Source: Perkinsus chesapeaki ATCC PRA-425 (taxonomy: Eukaryota; Protista; Perkinsozoa). From it: 64,000 bases of DNA. The translations under genes were made by a program, and so were the position numbers. This document shows positions 25,750-38,136 of this stretch, piece by piece. The number at the start of each line of letters is the position of its first letter. Positions within the stretch are counted from its first letter, which is position 1. The stretch lies in contig JAAPAO010000023.1 of the NCBI GenBank assembly GCA_013115145.1, forward strand, positions 1 through 64,000, written 5' to 3'. The notes beneath the pieces are model-generated. The model searched no databases and was not told the origin of the DNA. It saw nothing but the letters and a program-made list of their open reading frames with translations.

Positions 25750-28594
25750 AGTTACTGTTGGTGTTTTGCTTGCCAGCGGGAAGCTCACGAGCCGGCCGCG
25801 TGCAAGCAGGTAAGCCCGGTAGGCAGATGCGCCGTCGCCAAAATGATCTGCCTAGGTCTACGAGTGGGAGGTGAAGAACTCTAATGAGAGCGAGAACGTG
25901 TCATGGATATTGGCGAACACAAAGCAGTGTCCCAAAGTAGTACGATCCTGAATCTCGCCGTCTCATCCTTCGGCATAGTGCGCTCGACCTATAGAGAAGA
26001 ATCAAGGATGCAATCATATGCGTTGCAGTGAGGCCGGTGGAGGTGAGGGAGCTAGTCTCGATGACGGTCGTGTGAGGTTTAACTGTATTAGGATGCGGGC
26101 AAGAGTTCTGTTGGTTATGTCTTACACCGTGGGCACAACATGGTCAATCGACCGGAGGGTAAGTGGGGTGAGGCGTGGATTCGAGCTGAGATTTAGAATC
26201 GTGACAACAGGAGGGATGTGAGAGGGAGCTTGGCACTACGGCTAGAGCTGCGGAGTATTATACTCGGCATTCAACCTTACGCGCTTTATGCGGAAAGTGA
26301 GGCTTCTGTCTTCCGGTTTGTCGCTTTATCGGATGATTTTGGGCAACAGTCGAAGAAGACGTGGACGGTTGTCCTGGGTTGCCGGTGCTGCTATCGAGAC
26401 ACGATTCCAGGCTAGGAATCACAAGCTTTCGTTCGGCAGCTTGGAAAAAATGTCGTGAAATTTGCAAGTTTGATATACTAAAGAGGCTACCATCGTCGAT
26501 GAATTTTTTCGTAAAGCGAGATGGGAGTCAGGGTTTCTGTATTTGACCACCGGCGCAGTGAGTTATCTCCATTCTTCAGGCTGTATAGCTGCAACATCTA
26601 TGAGAGGAACACTCGAGAGGATACTGAGGAAGGCCGGAAGCAACGGGAAGGGGTGAGCTAGTCAGGAGCGGCAGCAGAAGGGTGGGATTGGGGTGTTGCA
26701 GGAGAAGGTGCGAGAGAAGGCTAAGCATGCCCTGCAGAAGTACATGTTCCATTATGAACGGTTTGTCAATCATGACAGAGCGGCCAATATGGCGCGGGAG
26801 GTAGGCCGGCAGTGGGGCCATCAGGGACGGTGATGTTGGTTAGGTTATTGCTAGTGGAAAGATAGATGAAATGAAACGGATATTGCATGACCGAGATGAG
26901 ATCGACGTACTAGCAAGAAGTCTCCTGCTTGCTCTATTCGGACGGAGGTTGGTTGGCTCCCTCTCAGATATCAGAGCTCGGGTTCGTCACAAGTGCCCTG
27001 CAGTTAGTTGTAGAATGTCGGCGAGTTCTCAAATGGACGTACGTATACGGTTACTATCTAGCGACAGACGAGGGTGCCTCTGACTCTGATGGAGGGGCAG
27101 GTAGAGACATCCGACGGAAAGTAAGTTCACCGGCGTTTATCGGATATCTATTCGACTTAACAATATGAACATCGCGAGTCGCTATAATCGAGCGCCGTCT
27201 GACCAAGAAGTATAATATTGAACAATTGCCAGTGTAGTGCTTTCCCAGGTGGGCTCCTTTGGTGTGCTAACAGTAGTCACGCGACTGGTGGTATTGGTAT
27301 CCTTCCGCTTAGCTCTCATGGAAACATCGACCGGGGCAGCTTTGCTCGACTGCTAGTATTTCCACCGTGAATGATTGGCCATCTGAGCTGCACCGTCTAG
27401 CCCCGTTTAGACCGTCTTACAGGTCTTCGGCAAATAGGAAATGTCTCAGCTATCGGCAATGTTGGATGCAGTCTCATCATCGATATTGTGCACGTCTCCA
27501 AGTAGTTGGAATCTCGCCTACTTTTTTGGAGAGTGTCGTCATGAAAGCCATATTCATCAATTCCCTTTCTTAAGTATCTACAGACCTAAAGGCTCACTTG
27601 GTTTTGAATATGTATACGTGAGATATTAACTTTTCAGCGACTTGTCTAACCATCACTGTAATTGGTAGCGATGCAAACCTTTGTACACCGCATGCAATGT
27701 TCTTTTCCTTCCCTCAGATGAGTCCACCGAGTAGTAGAGTCCATAGGAATCATCAAAGCAATCATTCTACAGCGTCGTCGTCATCGACGCACCGAAGTGG
27801 TAAGGATGTTGCAAGGCAGTGTTTAAATGCTTGGCGGCGATAGATATTAATGACACTGTGGCACGAAGACAACTTTTCGAGTTTTTACAGAAGAATTTGG
27901 AAGAAAAAACAGGTAAGGAAGAGCAAGCTACTTCGCTGTGCACTTGGACGGAACGGGTCTACTCCCAGCATTAGCGGGGAAATGTCTGCGGCGGCGGTCG
28001 TATGATTCTCTCATTGTGTCGCGTCGTTGTCCCTTCGCCCCAGTTTAGGGCTTGAGGTGGTCTAGTGGGACCGGAACGTTTTTATGGTTCCGCTGTTTAC
28101 TTGTGTTTAGCGGTCGTAAATGCTACGTGTTATTAATAAATGCTGTCGACTGTGGCAGCAGCTGATGCCTGTCCTTATCAGAAGCCCTTCATGAGCTGAT
28201 CGAGAAGGACCTGGAGGAGCGTTTCATTCGATCGCCAGAAGATTCTGATCCGGCATTGACCTCTGCAGTTGACCATCAACCTCCATCCTCCGCGCAAGTC
28301 GGAGATGCCGCGATGCCGGATGCCCACGAGGGTCCAGCGCCAGGTGCGGAGGCTTCCTATAAATATTTGCCGCTCACTCTCCATCTCAGCCTCCTCGCCG
28401 CGGCGGCCGAATGACGAGGACCTTGAAAATTTCAAGAACAAATTCACCGACTTCCGCAGTTACGTCACCAACTACCATCATGTAGGGAAGAATTAATTTT
28501 TTGATTGGAACGGTGACGGCTCTGCCAGGTGACGGAAAAGTTCCTGCACCAAATTCTGACGGACATTAAGGACAAGAGCATCATCGCTTTATGA
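25750..28594 (+). CDS. ARI1: Ariadne-type RBR E3 ubiquitin ligase, C-terminal part (IBR end, RING2/Rcat, Ariadne domain)
   Basis: [17 protein letters not shown] / [31 protein letters not shown] / [10 protein letters not shown] / [11 protein letters not shown] / [17 protein letters not shown] / [14 protein letters not shown] / VTEKFL..*. No RING1 exons were found upstream. Confidence 0.85.
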
Positions 28595-28724
28595 TAATTA
28601 TTACTCAATTTAATATTTTCAATCTCCTTGTCAAGGAGTCCTTGATTTTTGTTGTGTCTTCGAGTGCAGCGAACAGCATTACACAGCAGCAAGTCGCTTC
28701 GAATCGTTTTATGTGGTGTAACTG

Positions 28725-29759
28725 ATGCCTGCCAATCTGAACGGCTGTGGGCTCTCCCGTCGGGCCACTTTGTTGGCAATCCGTTTGGCCACAGCGGCTA
28801 AGTGGGCGACCGTTCCTGAGGGGTATGATAACGGTGATGTGCTGTCGCTTGTTTGGGCCTACCTCGGCGACAGCGAGCTCTCCACTGCCATACCGTACTG
28901 CTTTGTGCTGCTGCAGCAGAGCATCCACAGTGGAGCTATTGCGGCCATGACAGCTACACCAAAAGGAGAGCTTTTCATTGCAGTTGTCGACTCTGATGGT
29001 GAATGCAATATCGTAGCCGTTGGACAGGACTGTGCCTCATTCAGCATTGAAGGGCTAAACGAAGGGCTCTTGTTCGGTGGAGTGCACGGTATGACCGCCG
29101 ATGAAGAGGGGAGGCTCTATGTCACAAGTGGTGGTAGAATCCTTCGCTTCGACGCCTCATCCCGAATATGGTCTAAATTCGCCCCTCCAAGCAGTACCAG
29201 AGGCGGACACCATGACGGGCTTGCTGAACCTGAGCAACTTTGGTTCGACTTGACCACAGGCATCCTCTATGTTGGTGATTGGGGCAGTGATAGAGTTATC
29301 CGCTTCGACTCTCAAGGGTCTCCCACGGTCCTCCTCAAAAACATTGGAGGTGTTCGGCAGGCCGTTTGCGTTTCAGATGGCCGACTAGTTGTTGTTGATG
29401 GCAAGAACGTGCTACTATGGAAATCGAACGGTGAGTTCGACTGCGTGCTGCCCGGTTCCGAGGCCCTCGAATGCCCTGTTGCGATCGCCTATGACAGAGG
29501 CCGAGAAATGCTCTATGTTTTGGATGCATCCCCTGCTGCCGTTGGCAGCCCTGTTTGGCGCTTCCGATGGACCAAGCCGTCACGTGAAGTCGTCAGCGAT
29601 CTTTGCTGGATAGACGGGGCTCATGGTGTCCTTGATGATGCAGCAGCAGGGGCCAGGTGTCTAGCGTTGAGCCCTCGTGGGTGTTTTCTGTACCGAATAT
29701 GTGGCCTGAGCAATGTGGTTAGAATTAAAGTGTGTGATGGACGGCATGGTGCTGACTGA
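28725..29759 (+). CDS. NHL/SMP-30-like beta-propeller protein, 344 aa, intronless
   Basis: Motifs VHGMTADEEGRLYVT, LAEPEQLWFD..GILYVGDWGSDRVIRF and LECPVAIAYDRGREMLYVLD. N-terminal helical segment ends VLSLVWAYLG. Confidence 0.75.
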   Translation: MPANLNGCGLSRRATLLAIRLATAAKWATVPEGYDNGDVLSLVWAYLGDSELSTAIPYCFVLLQQSIHSGAIAAMTATPKGELFIAVVDSDGECNIVAVGQDCASFSIEGLNEGLLFGGVHGMTADEEGRLYVTSGGRILRFDASSRIWSKFAPPSSTRGGHHDGLAEPEQLWFDLTTGILYVGDWGSDRVIRFDSQGSPTVLLKNIGGVRQAVCVSDGRLVVVDGKNVLLWKSNGEFDCVLPGSEALECPVAIAYDRGREMLYVLDASPAAVGSPVWRFRWTKPSREVVSDLCWIDGAHGVLDDAAAGARCLALSPRGCFLYRICGLSNVVRIKVCDGRHGAD

Positions 29760-30020
29760 TGAGGAATGCCATCGCCGCCGCCGCCGCCGCTGTCGGAAGC
29801 GTCGCGTTCAATACCGGGAAGGTCCCATATTAATTTCTCTGCTAAAGGAGTCAGTTGGTATCTTCGCTGTTGGTCTTCCACCCGACCTCGACAGTTCCCT
29901 TATCGACTCGTTCTACACTCGCTGGGAGAGACCATCTTTCATTTTCGGATCTTTTATTGATGAGCAGATGTCTGTGTTCCAATACCACTCCCCTGCAGCT
30001 TGTTTTCTATCTTGCTCTCA

Positions 30021-31330
30021 ATGTCCACAGTCGCCAATGTTTTAACTGAGGAACGCGCCAACGAGCTCTTTGAGGAGGCTGATGGTGATGATACTTCTTC
30101 TGCATCTGATACCGAGTCTTCGAGCAGCTCCGACACAGACAGCGAATCTGACGAGGAGGAGGTCCCCGTAGAGCAGATGGACGTGAAGGAACTAAGGCGG
30201 CAAAGGAAGGCTGTTAAAGGCCTCAACACCTTGAGCGAATCGAAGGTGCCGCAGGGCGGTCCTCGGTTTGAGCTCTGGCAGCATCCAGTCGTCTATAGAT
30301 TGTGATTTTCCTCGTACTTCAGCTCAGCGGCGTTCTGTCGGGTTGCACCATCGATGACTTGCTGGAGATAGACAAACTAAACGGCGAAGGCTGCTTTGAA
30401 AGCAGTGAAGCCTGGAAGTGAGCATGGGCGTTCATTCTGATGCTGATGCTGCTGCTGCTCGTAACTCATGTTGTTTAGCGAGGCATGGCAGAAGGCCGTT
30501 CATATGCGGTTCACCGAGGGCATGATTAAGACCATTAGGAAGCAGATGGAGTCGACACATGGAGTTTTCTCCCAAGGTGAGTTCTCAGCCGCTCGTCTGC
30601 AGCACAAATCTTCAGATGCCTCGACGGCGCAATTAGTCGCTACCTCGGCCCGCCGACTGAATAGAGCTCACTTGCCGCTGGACGATGTAGCTTGTCTAAT
30701 CTCGTATTGGTATGCATATTCCCGATCAGGTGTTGCGAACCCTTCGAGGGCTGGAGGGAGTTGAGGTTACTATGGAGGACCTCAAACTCACCAAAATCGG
30801 CAAAGTGGTGAATGTAGGTTTGACAGGTAGCTCTGCCACTTTAGCACTGCGATCTTTTAGACGATTATGAAGACCTCCATGGATCCAGAAATCAAGGGAT
30901 TGTCCAAGTCGTTGGTTTCCAAATGGCGGAAAGTGGCGGCCGATGCGCGACGTGAGCGTCTTGCTATAATCAGTGTGAGGGACTTAAGTTCGCTGTTCAG
31001 AGCCTGGCTCTTCTTCCTCGCCCTCCGCGGCTCAAACTCCTTCCACCGATGAAGATGATGCTGCGACTGCCAGTCATATGTGCGAGTGGAGACAAGTGTA
31101 AGACGTTTGGGCTCATAGTTCCGGAAGGAGTAAGGTGATGATCATCACTCTACCTTGCCAGCGGCTCTATACATTTGTCATTGGTTCCTTCATAGTTACC
31201 AGTTCTATAAGGATAAGCTGCAGGCGTCTCGAGACCGGGCAAGGAAGGCGCGTGAAACCGGCCTCGATGCCGAAGTTGCTAAACGTCAAAAGAGAACGGA
31301 GGTCGGTCTGGAATCTTGAGAGGAATTGAA
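30021..31330 (+). CDS. Elongin-A-like / TFIIS N-terminal (LW) domain protein
   Basis: Acidic N-terminus, LSGCTIDDLLEIDKLN..SEAWQK (Elongin A-like), then MEDLKLTKIGKVV..KTSMDPEIKGLSKSLVSKWR (LW domain). Confidence 0.6.
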
Positions 31331-32299
31331 GATTCAGTTCTGTTGCTTCCAGGCGAGCTCGATGTCTTCCAGCACTGTTATCCAGGGCTTCCGCCTGCCA
31401 CAGTCGCACCCTCCTAGAAATAACATCGTATCCAAAACCAGGTGAATAACCACACCATGGGACTGGATGATCGAATAACCTTGGCGATCTGTTTAGGGCG
31501 AAGAAAAGAGCACAAGCTCACTATGCTGGGCCAGTAAAAAAGAAGTCTAAGAGAAGCGCCTTCACTGAGGATGGTATGATGGTTCTTCCGGGAGATCGCT
31601 GGTGAACCCTTATCTCCATCTGTGTCATGCAACGACGACGTTAACACAGAATTATTAACAATTGGTCTATCTCTCGTTGAAGAATTGAGCACCATGTTTC
31701 TAAGCTGTTCACCTCGTTTCGATGATGGCGGAAGTGCTGCCGTGAATGATTGTGCTTGTATGTGTTACCATCGCCATTTGAGCAACTCCTGTTTTCTTTA
31801 CTATTGAAATCCATTCTGTATAAATCACATTAGACAACTGTGAATGTATCGAGATAACACTGAAGGTAGCCCCAGACGTATATGATACGAGTCGAGTTCC
31901 ATTCAATATCTATAATAGTAACAAAGCCGCTACTGAATACTCCTTAACTATTCACGTCACTGATACGAGCACCCAATATTCGAATAAAAGGGGTTATTCC
32001 ATGAACCAATCGCGAGCAAGCCGCAACTTGTCGAAACATAACCCGACAAAGTTGCTTTCCGTTCTGATGTAGTAGTTTTGTCGACACCTTCAACATGGCA
32101 TTTGAACCCAGAGGTCGATATCATCAAAACTTGAGATGCACGCATGCGCATCAACTGTTGGCGAATCACGTCGCTTTCCCCACGTTACTTAATGTAAAGC
32201 CCAGAGGCGCTACATCTGATAGAAAGTTTTAGCTCTGAGGCTCGTCAAGACATGTTCAGGTCCGCCCTGTATCATCGCACTTCATAAAGGCGAATGATA

Positions 32300-34040
32300 A
32301 ATGGGGGCATTCGATCGACACGTTAGACGTATCGACCGCATCTTCATCAAACGCGTCAAATACCACTACTATCTCTATTCAGCCACAGCTTACGACGTCG
32401 TGTCCGATACCGAAAGTGTAGGATGTATATACATACGCCTCGAGCTAGTCAGCGATGGCTTTCAGACCAATCGGGTTGTCGAGGGGTTCATCGACTCGGC
32501 TGATAGCAAGCGCTACTATACCACACGTGAAAGCGAACTGTATCTCGGGAAGAGGTAGAACTGAATGACAAGTGCTCGGACTAGATTTCAATGTGTTTAG
32601 GTGGGTTGCTCTCGACGAAGCCGCATGAGTATCCGAACCTTTTCAAAGCGATCCCAGCAAGCCTCTGGGTTGACAACCTGTCTTTGACACTACTAAAGCC
32701 GCCGCTCTCTAACGGTCCATTCGTAAGAAATCTCACCAGGCTATATCAAGTGAAACTTCAACTTCAGTCGGCTGTTTCTCGTGGCTTGCTCGTATTCGAC
32801 GGAGAAGCTGTTGTGGTTAAAAGTTCCACAACAGACTGTGATCTTCATGTAACTATCTGACCACCCTACCGCTGACCACCGAAGGCATAACTGTCAGATT
32901 CTGTCAGAAGTCCGAGTGTTGTCCAAATTGAACCATCCCAATATCGTTAGGCTCCGTGGTGTACGGCATGCCAAGAACGGCCGTGTCCAAGTGAGCCCAA
33001 TTCTCGCGTTTTCCGTGCCTATCATTATTAACGCACAGGCACTCCTTCACGATATACCCCTGAGTCGACCCCTGTCGTTCTATATGATGAAGTCTGATAG
33101 TGCCTCCATTGACAGCACGCGAGCTGCCAGCCTTGGACTGCAGCTAACAGACGTACTCGTTAGTGGTGCTTCTACGTGTTTAGGTGTCGACTCTCAGGCA
33201 GTAGAATACATTCACTTCGGTGTATCCCCAGTAATCATTCATAGAGATATTAAACCAGATAAGTGAGGCGTTCCACAGCACTGCCATTCCCTTCAAACCT
33301 TCAATTCCTGTCTCAGCATACTCGTTACCAACTACGAGTCTATAAGCAACATACAATTGAAACTGATAGACTTCGGTCTTGCTCTCGAGCTAGCTGCCAA
33401 AGACTCACATGTTACGTCAACGCATCCCCGAGGTCCGACCACTATAATCGACTGTGAAGGAGTTTCGGTTTTCAGGAGGAACAGTGCGCTACATGGCGCC
33501 AGAAAATTACGACTTGCATACTGGGCTAACTCGGGCCTGTGACGTGTGGAGTTGTGCATTAGTACTCGGCATTACGAACAAAAAAGTAGACTTTCTAACC
33601 TTAGGTTTTGAACCAACTCTTCGGAGGATCACAGCCTTACCCTATGTGCACAACAGGTCAGCAAATTGCCGCTAAAATTGAAGTGTCCCGGAAAGAGCCT
33701 CACATCGATTGCGACAAAAAACTCTGGCCAGTTGAAGTTTTAGAGGTACTTCGAATTCGCCGCTCCACCACCCGAGCGTTTAAAGCGGGTTGTTAATAAC
33801 AACTTGTTATTGTTCATGTAGAAATCTGTGTCGCTCAATCCTGAAGACCGGCCCAGCATCCGGGACCTTCGAAGCGAGCTGGCTGGTTTTGTGGATAGAC
33901 GTGCGAAATCTACCTCCACGGGCAAACGGAAAAATTCGTCGTGCCGAGATCCACCATCAAAAAGGCCCCAAAGACCACTACAAGCAACTTTGCACCGGAA
34001 AATCAGACTTCGGGAGAAGAGTAACGGTCAGCCATATTAA
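32300..34040 (+). CDS. Ser/Thr (TKL-like) protein kinase, multi-exon
   Basis: VVVK, EVRVLSKLNHPNIVRLRG, IIHRDIKPDN, KLIDFGLA, GTVRYMAPE, CDVWS and LNPEDRPS subdomains occur in order. The start is approximate. Confidence 0.88.
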
Positions 34041-35399
34041 GCGAAAGCATGACTGGTGAGGAGGCTGCTTCATCGGTGCCGTTAGTCGCCCGTCAGGTTC
34101 ATCACATACACTTGACGAGTCAACTATCGTGAAGATGTACTCAACCTGTTCTTGTCGCTGTAGAGTGCTAGCAATTGGCCAAGTTAATACTATGATCATC
34201 CGCATTTCGCTTTAATGCACTCTTTATCGCGACTTTTGGGACAAACTGTTCAGCATGCATGTCATCAGTACTGTTCGTTTTGACGTAGTGAGTTCTAGTT
34301 TCCATTCAGGCTCATGTTGACCTTGTGCTCCTCAACTTCATAGTTGCAGTGGTCTGGTTAAGTGCCATCTGGCCCTCAGATGGATAGACATTCTTCCAGC
34401 GACGAACTGTGGCTCTTGTTGCCGAAAAGCTCACTTGCGACTTCTCGTCACAACTCCCACCACCGTTGAGGAACGGTGCACAGATAGGCTTAAAATAGGC
34501 GACCATTGAATACCTAACATGCCTGCCTTGTGTTCCCAACTAACTATATCCATCGATATCATAGACCTGGTTGCAGTATCCTAGTGTAGTTACTGAGGTA
34601 GACAGCTGTGAGATTTTTGACCAACTCTTTCTGTCCCAACGTACAACTTGTGCTGCACCAGGTAACCTTTCGCAGCGAGACTGCTCGCTGCCATGTAAAG
34701 TGAGGTTTTCGGACCGCAGTTTGCACAAGGACAAGGAAAGACCGACATGATCTGGGAACAGCGAACTCGTCTAAACCAAACCCACACCTTGACCTGAGCC
34801 CCATTCGGACATACGTCTGAGCACAAGGCTCCTCCGCTAGTGCGTCACCGGAAAGATCGACGGAATCCTCAGTTATCCAGGGCAGTGCAGTGGAATACCC
34901 ACATCAGTCCTTTCATCTTCTCCCACACTCCTCGGAAAAGAAGCGGTTTTAGCTTTGAATGAGCCAGAATATTGATATCTTTATTATTACGTGTAGTATT
35001 CGGGACTTGTGGGCGGAGACCGTGCGGGCGGAGACATGATGGATCCGTCCATTCATACTATTGGCCGACGACGATGGTCGACTTTCGTAACACAGTACCG
35101 GAGAGTCTATGGCCGAATAGAAGCGATTCACGAGCAATGAAGGGAGCTGCTACCACAAAGTGGAAAGCGATTTGAACGGAACTGGGACTTGAGCCAGGAG
35201 CGGCGTCACGCTCCGTCACGGAGCCTCCATGGCGCGCCTCGTCTCGTCACCAACGCTTTGTGTTGGCAACTGGAATGTAAGTAATATATGTACAATGTAA
35301 TGAGCATATGACATATCTAGCGACCCCAATCCACGTGCTTTTTTTAGTGGTATCCGCTCTCATCTTTGTTGCACAATGTTCACTAAAAGTCTTATGACT

Positions 35400-36900
35400 G
35401 CCATCTATATGATGATTCTGTCTGTGAACTGCACTCAGGATTCTCCAAGTGCTCAGCTGCGTTCCCTACAAGGTTGTGATCCACGCGACCCTAAGGCATG
35501 CCCGAATAGGCAGTGCGTTTGTTCTCGCATTGGATGCTGGTGCGAGTGACTCGAAGCCCCCCTTTCTAACCTCTGCCGCGGCTTTTTCTGTGGCTGGAGT
35601 TTCTGTGTTGCTGGTGCCAACACTGAGGAGTATGCCCCTTAGAGCAAGAAGTTCAACCAGCTTCTGGCTACTATGGCAGGACGACTCAATTGCCGGCTTG
35701 CCTGTCTAATATCTGTTGGGTCACTTGAAAGGACTTATCTCCCTTACTTTACATTAAAATTTTACATTGGTGTTTTGTTAGTCAATGTGCGTCTGGCCCA
35801 GGATCTTCTACGATCCTGTAAACCCGGGAAATGGCCCATGAGTCTTAGACATCTCCACACAGACCAGTGAGGTGACTTGAGAAAGTTCAACCACAGCTAA
35901 GAATGCCAGGCGATGGCAAGTCCGATCGTCCCGACTCCATGGGCCCTCTGTCCAGGCTCGACCAGCCTATAAAAGGGACTCCGGGGGAAGACAGGATTCT
36001 GATAGGACTTGTGTAAGAGCCAAATCCAATCGTTTGCTCTGTGGTGAGCAGGGTCAGCTATGTACGAGTGCTAATATACAGGAAGGTAAGAGTTTCACCC
36101 TACTCAATTCCAAGCCAGCCGGCGTGGCTGACCGCACGGAATCCCTTTTAACCTTTGATCCCGCGCTTACTAACCGAAGTAAGCGCGGAGGTTGCCCATC
36201 ATAGTAGAGCTGATTGTGTTGCTTTCTGCACCGCGTGGGTTCTTCCGTCATTCTGGTCCAGTATAACCCGTCTATGGACGCAAGCCTTATTTTGTTAGTC
36301 AATTTGTCCGGAGCAAATATACCGTCTAGAAGGAGCTTATGGCAGGCATGCTATTTCTATCAGGACTGACGCGCAGTCGGATCCATAGAGGATGAGAGAA
36401 TAAAAAGTCACTACTCCGTTGTCACCGAGATGTTGTTAGTGGTTCAGAGCTGAAAAAGCTGGTCTATGATCTCATCTACAGAAATGGGTCATCTGGAATG
36501 TCACACTTTGCACCTTTCTAGATGTTGTAGGAGTTACAACCCAGTATCCCTTTGCTCCATTGAGTTGAGAAAGTGAGTACATAGGGAGGGTTACTGACCT
36601 CTTACATATAAGAGGCCTCCGGGTTTTGGGAACCCCGTTTCCGGACGGCTTGGCGCTATAAGTTAAGACCCTTATCTTGCTGATAAGTTCTCTCATGCAG
36701 CTATTACACAGCGCTTTTCAGCGTTTGTAAACTGTGGCGCCAAGATACATATCAATGACGGAGCCTTCGCCGAAGCAAGCATCTGAGCTACATTGCTCAT
36801 GTGCACACTTTCAGCGTTGCTCGACACACAGTTGAGCATTTCATACACGCCGGCAAACGAAGAGGTTCTGAAACTTTTCGATGGGGTCATCCAAGGAGAC
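35400..36900 (-). mobile_element. possible decayed transposable-element/pseudogene remnants
   Basis: Stop-interrupted protein-like frames (WIWLLHKSY..LWLNF..RLMGHFPGL; SSQKLVELLALRGI) with no clear exon pattern. Only a vague integrase-like resemblance. Confidence 0.2.
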
Positions 36901-36935
36901 CATGGCCTTGCCATACACTGAGAAGAGGAGGCCAT

Positions 36936-37108
36936 AGCTCGACCGACTGATGACTCGACGATTGAACCGGAGATGGTACGACTTTGCTGCTCCAGCTGAG
37001 CCACATAGCTCTCCGCAGCCGCCTTGCTCACTCCTAGCATACCGTAGGTATTGAGGAGATCCTCGAAGCTGATGACGTGAGCAATCCGGAATCCTGCCAA
37101 AACGAACA
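36936..37108 (-). pseudogene. 173-bp fragment homologous to 39787-39960 of the MidA-like gene
   Basis: Encodes RIAHVISFEDLLNTYGMLGVSKAAAESYVAQLEQQSRTISGSIVESSVGRA versus ..LLDTYG..TISCSIVESSVGRA in the full gene. Homology stops abruptly on both sides. Confidence 0.9.
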
Positions 37109-37125
37109 TACTTGACATAATCTAC

Positions 37126-37178
37126 ATCTTAGCATACTTGTACCACTGACCTGGTCAGTGGTACAAGTATGTTAAGAT
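37126..37178. repeat. palindrome: perfect 19-bp arms plus 1-nt spacer (37133-37171), extendable to 26 bp with one G-T mismatch
   Basis: atcttag-catacttgtaccactgacc-t-ggtcagtggtacaagtatg-ttaagat. Confidence 0.95.
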
Positions 37179-38136
37179 ATCTCACACTTAGCCTGTTTCC
37201 AGAAACAAGACTTCCACGTGGCTATCAACCCGACACGAGAGCACAGCTCTATGACATACCCTTTGGTCGACTCCTGGTTCTAGATAATAATGCTTGTCAA
37301 CGTATCCTCTAGCAGCAAGCGAGCGGAACGTCCAGCTGCACACCCGGCAGATACAACCGCCTGTTCTCGCATAGCCTGCTGGTGCGCATAACTCGTATGC
37401 CGTTTGCCTTGCCATAGTATCATACAAGTGATATCATTGCTGGAGCACAGCATCCAGTAGATAGCCTCAGACACTGGTGCTCGGTATATCATGTATGGTT
37501 ATTTATCGACAGCTTATATGACTAACGGTGAGTCGGCTCCTGTCGGAGTACAAAAGTGGCGAGGGCGAACTACACCACGCCCTGCTAGGCTGCATTGAAG
37601 GTTCCATTAGGCAACAAAGTCCTTAGTCGGTCTGTCACCAGTCGGGCTACCCAAAACCTATTGCCTTATTGTAGGGTGATGAACGCATGTGGGATCTAAT
37701 GTAAGGAGGGTCGAATAGCGTATAGTAAGTCATATAGTATGGCCCAATTAATTGCTTGCATTACTCCGCCGCTTCCTTAACGGCTGAACGGGCTTTTGTT
37801 CGTGCAAGCGTGGAACAGAGCTTATATTATGACACGATAGTTCGACTTCGTTAACTTCATGTCGTTATGATTAAGCCTTGAAACAGGTTATGTATTCGGA
37901 AAGCATTGTGCCCCGAGTTTCGAAAGGATTGCTACCCCACAGGAGACGCCCCTACACTGTACACGGCGTAGGCACATGAGACGTTGTACACTGGGATTCT
38001 GTAAATGTTCGCCTTCCTTTCAGCAGTCAGTACGTACTGGTTTGACAACCGACGTGTGGCTATGAGCCTTGGCTTGATGTTTCTTTCGGTCTCTAGCATG
38101 TCGGGTTTGATGAACTCAACACAACAGGGTCCCTAG

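Noticed and set aside
26480-26560. IVDEF Walker-B-like stretch in an Ariadne intron
   Set aside because: No Walker A or other helicase motifs nearby.
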